Assembly (NCBI RefSeq): GCF_018350175.1
Contig: NC_058368.1
Coordinates: 230,518,001 to 230,582,000 of the forward strand
Direction: 5' to 3'
Length of the DNA: 64,000 nt
Source: Felis catus
Taxonomy: Eukaryota
Shown: positions 56,106-64,000 of the stretch, piece after piece
How the letters are laid out: each line of letters opens with the position of its first letter
Position numbering within the stretch: the stretch's first letter is position 1
Notes under the pieces: generated by a model
Told to the model about the DNA's origin: nothing
The model's database searches: none
The model's input: only the letters and a program-made list of their open reading frames with translations
Program-made: the position numbers and the translations under genes

Positions 56106-56937
56106 TGATTGAAGTGTTAAGTTTGTTTTTGAGGACTCGCGGCTCTCCTGGGATCATCACTGGGAAAGCATCTCACCAAGAAGAGTTTGAAACATATCTG
56201 TGCTCTTTTCTCCTGGACCAGATCCTTCTCCTCGTCTTTCTCCTCCTCTTACGTCTTTCTTGTCATTCTCCCCCCTCCCCTTCCTCCTCCCCTTCCTTCC
56301 CCTCTTCCTTCTTCTCTCTTTGAATCATCAAACATCGTCTCTTCAGTTCATGGACCACTTTTCTTAAAGGTATCCTGGTCCATGCCCTTCCCTCTACACT
56401 GACGTGCTCTGTGCACAGTGCTCTCGTGTTCCATTTACGGGAAGTTAAGGTTCCACCCAAAGAGCCACTCAGCCACAGTGAGTTATGAAGCGTTTTTCTC
56501 TCTTGTTCAGCTGTTTTTATGCCAGCGGTACTCCTACTTTGTTCCTATCACCAAACTTTTGGCAACCCGCACACCTTTCTAAGCGCAACAGAGGCTGCCA
56601 TGCTTTTCAAGGCAACTCCCTTCTTTTCCAGAAAACCTCTAAACGAGCTTCATGTTTCTGTGTTGAGTGCACCTGTGAAACATTCCCCAGTTACTGAATT
56701 CCTTTCCCTCTTTCCACCCCTGCACTCTTTTACTCCTTCTGCTGGGTTTCATACAGGTTACATGCGTGGCTTACACGTGATCTACTCCAAGACTGATTAC
56801 TACGTAGAAACCATCACTGTCGTGTCACTTTGCACGTCAATAAAACTTGTGGAAACTTGCAACATCTCTTGAGTGGAATGTAAATAACGTATTCTGAGTC
56901 GTCTTGTATGGAACTAATATTGGGAATTTTTCCTATA

Positions 56938-57266
56938 CAGTTGACTCTTCAACAATATGAGTTTGGACTATGCACCTCCACTTAATCATGGACTTTTTTC
57001 AATAAATACATCAGTACTATAAATGTATTTTCTCTGCCTTATGATTTTCTGAATAATATCCTTTCTTAAGCTTACGTTCTTATAAAAAAAATACAGTATA
57101 AATACATGTAACATACAACCTGTGTGTTAATCTACTGTTTGTCTTGTTGGTAAGGCTTTAGGTCAGCAGCAGCCTGTTACGTTTTGGGCGAGTCAAAAGT
57201 TTTATGCAGATTTTTGACCACATAGGGGTCAGTGCCCCAAATCCCGTGTTGTTCAAGGGTCAACTG
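56938..57266. mobile_element. Tigger2a-like TcMar MITE, complete
   Basis: Terminal inverted repeats cagttgactcttcaacaa / ttgttcaagggtcaactg, flanked by TA on both sides. Confidence 0.9.
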
Positions 57267-58650
57267 TATGTGCAAGCACACAGAACTAAAAGTGTCAAAA
57301 TAAAAGTTCTTTTCTGTGTATCAATAATGTAAGGTCAAATCCATTATCTGATTATCTCTTTTCAATTAGGGAGAACATACCACTGTTGTTGACCATCTTC
57401 CCATGCCAAAGAGGCATATCTGTAACTCAGTCACGTTTGGGGCTATCTACAGCCATTTTTTGTTACTCCAAAATCACTTCCCAGGAAGGCTTAAGGATTG
57501 TCATTATTTTCCAAACACCAGATCATCTTTCCATCCAACATGGGAGGGATGTAATAGCTGAACTTCTGAGAAGAAAAAACAAAGTCCAAGCCTTCCTTTC
57601 TTGGCTCATTTCAGATATGGCCAGGTTCCCCTCTGTCTACGTTTGGAAGGATGAAGGAGAGGGCGAGGCAGTGTCTGGGAGACTGAGCACAGGGGATTAG
57701 GTGAGAGAGAGGTGATGGCAGAGGAGGAAGTATCGGCAGCATCATAAAGAGAAGCAGTTGTAGAGTAACAGGACCAGGCTCAGGTGGCCCCCGTAGGCAG
57801 GGTATTTGACATCTTTGTGTCTAGATTTCCCCATCCGTAAGATAAGAATGCTAATGCCGACCCACCAGGGCCTTGGGGAACTAGGAGAGATCAGTAATGT
57901 ACGAGCCAGCATCCTGGGCCTAGAAAGAGGTGCCAAAGGGGTCATCTTTAGGGCTTATGCTTCAGCCTGCTTAAGTGACTGAGAACATTCCCTGTGGTGT
58001 CTTAAAAGGTCCAGAATATCACCCCAGCAGTAAAGTTTATCGTTGACGTTCATCTTACAATAATACGTAGACATTGACCCTACATCTGATTTCCGTTTTC
58101 TTCTTTTTTCTAGCTTCTCTTCTTAGTTTTAGGGAAGAAAGCCAACAATGAGTGGGCTGCATAAGCTCAGGTTTCTAGTCTTTTCCGGGCACTGGAGACA
58201 AGAAGGTTCACAGGTAGTGGAGGAAGTGGATGAAAAGCATATCTCAGCATGTCACATTGCAAGTGAAATTTCTGATGACACAAAGTGGTTTTGTACTGTC
58301 TTCACGAGGGGCCTCCCTCCCTCAGAAGGGATATCCCATCCGGACACCCAAATTTCAATGAGAAGTTTCCAAACCTTGCGATTTTTGTATGTCTAAGGAT
58401 TTCTGACTGTTGATTTCTTTGCTCCCTGAGAGTGGGGCTGTGGAATAGTCCATTGCAATCAAGAGATGCTTTATTGAATTCAGTCTGTTTCCCCAAGCCC
58501 CTCAGGCTTCCTAGAGCTTGAAGGACAGAGTGGGGGCAGGAGAAAAACCATACAGTGTGAGTTGATGGTGATAAGAAACTATGTGAATGTGACTTCTGAC
58601 GTAGGACAGGATGAAGTTGTGTGTGTTTTTTAATCTCATATTTCATGCAG

Positions 58651-58725
58651 GGCTGGGCTGAGGATGTGGCAGGCATGGCGTATGCCCTACGTTCACTGCC
58701 AGAGGGGGCTCCCTGCCTGCCACAG
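58651..58725 (+). CDS. CTNND2: CTNND2 alternative cassette exon (75 nt, phase 0-0): GWAEDVAGMAYALRSLPEGAPCLPQ
   Basis: Acceptor atttcatgcag, donor CAG|gtgaga, no stop, frame-preserving between ...GSWK and WSVY...; matches the 25-aa insert I recall in mouse/rat delta-catenin. Confidence 0.88.
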
Positions 58726-59417
58726 GTGAGAGCCAGCTCTGGGGTGCCTGCCCTGATGGGAATGGGGGATGGAAGGGCCCGGTGGGGGAGGGGTGGGGAC
58801 TCGGTCCCACCTTTGGTGGTTCCCTGAAGGACTCTGCCACAGAATCCAGAACTTCATGTCGTGAATGCCATTTTCTTAAACCCTTCCATTGCTTGGTTTT
58901 TATTGTGCACACTCTTCTCTGGAGTACTGTACAACAGTATGAAGTATATATGTGAATGTCCGGAAAACGTGGACCTCCCTGCATTCCGTTAAATGACTCT
59001 GAATGCTTTATCATCCTGAAGTTGCAAATACGTTTCAGATAAAAAGTAGGTGTGTTCCATTAAAGCCGACAACCACCAATCCAAAACAAACTGTATGTCT
59101 TACTTTATAAAATGGACATTGAATAATGGCCCCAGACATAATACATTTTGATCCAAATGTTTTCTTAAAAATCTGACGGTTTTTACTCTTGACTTTAAGT
59201 GTCATGTTTACCTCTCCTCACCCTTACCTTTTTCTGACCCATTGACTTTTTATTATTCAGCCAACAATTTAGTGACCGTATGTTCACCAACCCACCTGCG
59301 TGCCCCACCTCCAAATGCAGGTCTCTTAAAAAAAATGACCTGTCCTCAACTTCTTATCATTTTCTACCTTTTCCGGAGTTCTTTTTTATTCCTCCTCACA
59401 CCAAAAAACCAGCCCAC

Positions 59418-59477
59418 CCTTCCTGTCCTAACATTTCCCGTCCTAGCATTTCCTGTCCTAGCCCTTCCTGTCCTAGC
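59418..59477 (+). repeat. 15-bp tandem repeat, 4 copies
   Basis: ccttcctgtcctaac / atttcccgtcctagc / atttcctgtcctagc / ccttcctgtcctagc. Confidence 0.9.
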
Positions 59478-59730
59478 CCTCCGCATCTTAAAGCATCAAG
59501 TGGCTTGCCCAAGTCGAGGACTGCAAATGCCAGCATCAGAGAAATAAGCGTGGCAGTAACTGATTAACCCCAAAACCTCTTGCATATACTGAAGGCAGAA
59601 AATAAAGTTAAGACATTTTAGTACATGCCTACCGCATTCAGCCCATTCTACAACCAGGTCTTGATAATTCATCCTTTTTGGCTCCTATAAAGCAGCCGTC
59701 TGAAAGCCTGCACGTGCTGTTAGCTTCTAG

Positions 59731-59967
<237 letters not shown>

Positions 59968-60642
59968 TGAAAACATTTCCCGGCAGGTGCATGTGGCCGA
60001 ATCCATAGGCAAGACAACCGCACGTGCAAAACACAGTGCATTTATTAGAGGTCACGTTTTGTCAGCTGGCCGCCTTCTTTAAATGCAGTGAGCTGATTTC
60101 TCTTTTAGAATTTACAGGAAAATGCAATGTGTGTTGACATTCCTAATCCTTGCAACTTAAAAACGACCACAGTGCTCAGCACTGGATACCACTGTCCTGA
60201 GCCTCTACGTCTGGTTGTTTGTTTGCTTTCCACGTGGTGACCTGGGATTCTAATGGCTGCACGCCACATCTCTTCCCCTCTCTGTTTGAAGATCTGTTTT
60301 GGATTAGAGCATACTGGCCCTTTAATCCTATTTGTAAAAGACTCCTCTTCCTCTAATTCGGTACTCAAGAAATAGGGGAGATCTTTTATTAATGAAGCAT
60401 TAAGGAGATCGTATATTCATCTATTTATTCGACAGATGTTTATCCCTGACCTGCTTTGTTCCAGGCCTGTTCTAGGCTCAGAGATTTTATCAGTCAGCAC
60501 AACAGACAGGAAGGCTCACCCTTGTGGGGGTTATATTTGGGAGAAGGGAGAGACGCATCGAATAAAATATACATTCGCAGGAACTTGACGGTATGTTAGA
60601 AACCTTACATGGGGTAAAGGAAACCATCATTGTGAGGTGGCG

Positions 60643-60945
60643 GTTTTTTTCATCGAGGTGAGATTTACATAACATTGTATTAACCCCTTCAGAGTTCACC
60701 ATTACCGTGGCATTTAGTATTTTCATAACGTACAACTACCATATCTGTCAAATTCCAAAGCCTTTTCACCACCCTAAAGAAAACCCTATAGCCGTTAAGT
60801 AGGCACCGGCGTTTTCCGTCCTCCAAGACCCTGGCAGCCACAGTCTCCTTTCTGTCTCTGCAGACGTCCCAGTTCTGCATATTTCATGTAAATGGAGTCA
60901 TATCGTATGTGAGCTTTTGCGTCTGGCTTCTTCCACTCAGCATAA
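60643..60945 (-). mobile_element. L1MB-like 3' fragment inserted in an L2 remnant (~60410-61140)
   Basis: gtggcatttagtatt...atttcatgtaaatggagtcatatcgtatgtgagcttttgcgtctggcttcttccactcagcataa. Confidence 0.78.
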
Positions 60946-62629
60946 GGGGTTGTGATTTTAAGTGGAAGGTCAAAGTCAAGGTAGTCGTGGGAAGGTTACA
61001 TCTGAGCAAAAACTTGAAGGAGGTGAGAGTAGGTCTGTGGACATTTAGAGGGAAGGGCAAACGGTGGGGGAGCTGGGAGCTGGGTGGTGAGTTCAGGGTC
61101 TTCAAGGGGCCGCTTGTGTCTGGGGCAGAGTGTGGTAGGAGCCCAAGTGGGAGAGGCCTCCTGGTTCCTCCCCTCTGCAGGTAGGAAGATCCCAGGCCAA
61201 GGCCGATGGATGCCTGGAGGAGTGGTGAACCAGGAGACCTCCCTCCCCCAGAAGAGACACGAGCCTCCGCACAGACAATGTATTCCTGCTAGAGCATCTG
61301 AGATTAAAGAGGGGATTCCAGTAGGGTCTTTGGTCAATGCCTCATGAAGACTGGCAAGCCTCCGTGCAGGTAACAGGTGTCAGTGGAGTTTGGGTAGCAG
61401 GGAGCTGGACCAGCCACCGTGCCAAAGATTCACATGGTACCGACTCTGGGCCGGGGGAAAGGGAGAAAGTGAGTGAGCGTGGGCAGAGGGTCGAGTTTCC
61501 ATTCCTGGGACAGTTGGGGTCCCAGGCGTGGGTCTAAATGTCATACACAAATTTCACATAGAGACATGGGTCTATTTGTGCTGTCCTCATTCCTGAGCAT
61601 GGCGTTCCAAGCCCTTTGTGATCGGGAAACCAGATACTTTTTTCCTGCCGTTTCATAATACTCATCATATCCTCCAATAAAATCAAAAGTATTTGTGGAC
61701 CTTTGTCCATTATTTATTTATTTACAGGGAAAAAAGACTTCAAATCTTTGCCTAATAAATGCAACTATCTTTTTAAGCTTGCACTATGTTATAAATCATG
61801 AAAATTAGACTCACAATTTGATATTTGTAGTTAGTTTGAAAAGAACTTAAGTGTCGCTGTGGATTTTGTATATTTAAATTAGGCCATTAACTCAGAAGGT
61901 TACCCGCTGCATATCTGCTCTTCCTTTCCTTATGGAGTTGTTTCAGACGGGACAGAGCTGGGGCTTCTGATAAGATCTTGTCGCTCCTGCGTAAAATAGA
62001 GGAAAAATCAATAGCTAATCAGTCCGCTGCCTGGATACTAACTACTAGGTATTGTATGTCTGCGTGTTTTATTTCTTTTGCTGGATTAAAATATAACAAA
62101 ATAGGGAACTATTGATTGGTTTTCTAGCTTCCAGACACCTCTTCTTTCTCAGAAGCCCGTTATTCGGGACTCTCTCTGAGGCAGGAACATTTGGAGCGCC
62201 ATATTGCCCATGTTAAATTAAGCCTTTACTATCAAATGTCACCAGCCAGGAAAGGGAGCCAGTCACTTAAAAATAGAAGCGAAAATATCCAAGTCACTGG
62301 CTTTATGGAATCAATAACTTTTTTTCTCGAATGAGAAAAGCAGAATTTAACAACAACAACAAAAAGAAAAGAAAAAAAACCAACAACACACCTGTCTATT
62401 CCATCTAGAAGAAAGGAAATGTGACCTCTGCCAGCTCTTTGACTTCAAATACTGTATCACAGTAGTGATTTTTATAGGAAACGCTATACAGAATTTTGTG
62501 CATTGAAAAGAAAGTTGCAGTGACTTTGAACAAAGAACAGCAACAAAGGGCAAGAGTTGAACTTGGACTTCTCTTTTCTGTCACTTCTCAGTCAACGCTT
62601 TGGTGGTTTTGTGGTTTCATGGTGTCAAA

Positions 62630-63598
62630 GATCTATATTCCGATGACGCTCAGATGGGTATCTCTGGTGCGAGTCCCACATCTCTGGGTCTAGCTGTCTG
62701 TCCCCCATCTCCATTGGCTGTCCAACAGGCATCCAGATACATCTCCAGACCTGAGTTCCTTACCTTTCCCCCAACCACTGTCCCTCCTCAGTCATTCCCA
62801 ACAGCAAACGTCCGTTTGTCCTTGCCGAGGTCCAGGAGAGGCACCTGGCGGTGCCCTTTGACTCCTCAGTCCCCATGCCTGGTCCATCAGCAAATCTGAT
62901 CATTCTTCTACATTCTTCCAGGACCTGACACTTCTCACCCTCATTGCTCTTTTCCCCAAATTCCCACCATAGGTCACCTACCTGGTTATTACCATGGCAC
63001 CTGCCTCTGCCGTCACCCCCTACCATCCACTCTCGACACAGCAGCCAAAGTGGCCCTGTTAAAACCTTAACCAGAGCTTGTCACCTGTCCTGTCCTCCTC
63101 AGTGGAAGTGAAATCTTCCTCAGGCACATATAGCTGTACGTAATCCAGCTCTCTGGTTCCCCTCCACACTCGCCTTTTCCCCTCTCGCTGTTACTAACAT
63201 GCTGTGGTCACTGGTTCACATGTGGTTCACATGAGCCATGATCCTGCCTTAGGACCTTTGAACATGCTGCTCCCTCTGCCTGCAGTCCTCTTTCTCCAAG
63301 TGCCCATGTGCTTCTTCCCTCATCCCAACCAGGCATTCCTTTCCACTAGAACCTTTTCTGGCCACTATTCTCAAATCTCACCCCCTTCCCCACTTTGCTT
63401 CTCTCCACAGCACAGGTCACCTTCTAACATATAGCATAACACTTCTTCATCTTGTTTTTCATCCATCTCCCTGCCACTGGAACATTTGCCCACTAAGGGC
63501 AAGAAGCTCTGTCTTATTGGTTCCCTGGGGTGGCCCATGAGCCTAGAGGGGCACCTGGGTCCATTGTAGGACTTGATAAAATTTTGCTAAATAAATGA
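62630..63598 (+). mobile_element. L2 3' region
   Basis: cacagcagccaaagtgg...cttaggacctttgaacatgctgctccctctgcctg...gctaaataaatga. Confidence 0.75.
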
Positions 63599-63633
63599 CA
63601 AAAGTAAAATGTTTCCTGTCTGGCCATCATCTT

Positions 63634-63851
63634 TTTTTTTAGCTTCGTTAAAATTTTTATTCTTTATGAGAGAGAGAGAGAGAGCACATGAGTGGGGGAG
63701 AGGGGCAGAGGGAGAAAGAGAGAGAATCTTAAGCAGCCTTCACACTAAGCGTGGAACCCCATACAGAGCTTGATCCTACGATCCCGGGATCATGACCTGA
63801 GCTGAAATCAAGAGTCGGATGCTCAACCAAGATTAAGCCACCCAGGCACCC
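63634..63851 (-). mobile_element. CAN-SINE
   Basis: Antisense body; TSD tgtctggccatc(a/g)tctt at 63617-63633 and 63853-63869. Confidence 0.93.
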
Positions 63852-64000
63852 GTGTCTGGCCATCGTCTTAAAATGAACCCCAAATCAGCAAAACCTTAAG
63901 TACGCAAATTAAACTTTAAAGAAAAACATTTTATATTAATAAAGAAAAACATTTTAAAAATCTAGTTCATTTTCCTCCTAAAACTTACTAGATGTATGCA

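Overview
This is mammalian, not microbial, DNA. It is an internal 64 kb segment of the delta-catenin gene CTNND2 (p120-catenin/armadillo family) on the + strand, from a felid genome (many SINEC_Fc-type carnivore SINEs; the species cannot be determined). Four constitutive coding exons splice in frame with GT-AG sites: 24344-24461, 30050-30235, 45204-45377 and 59779-59929, approximately human exons 13-16 (numbering from memory). They encode the central ARM repeats and the poly-Lys loop. A fifth, 75-nt phase-0 cassette exon (58651-58725, GWAEDVAGMAYALRSLPEGAPCLPQ) matches the 25-aa insert I recall from rodent delta-catenin. The other ~99% is intron, containing 16 CAN-SINE copies or fragments, L1, L2, MIR, MLT1 LTRs, MER20/MER5/Tigger2 and microsatellites. 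Apart from the few ORFs overlapping these exons, the ORF track is spurious or repeat-derived. I see no well-supported new biological system. The best leads are splicing-related (the cassette exon and its flanking motifs, a candidate GC-AG poison exon), an intronic CpG-rich patch, and an apparent Pro>Ala change in an ARM repeat. Repeat subfamily names are from recognition by eye, and boundaries of old repeats are approximate.
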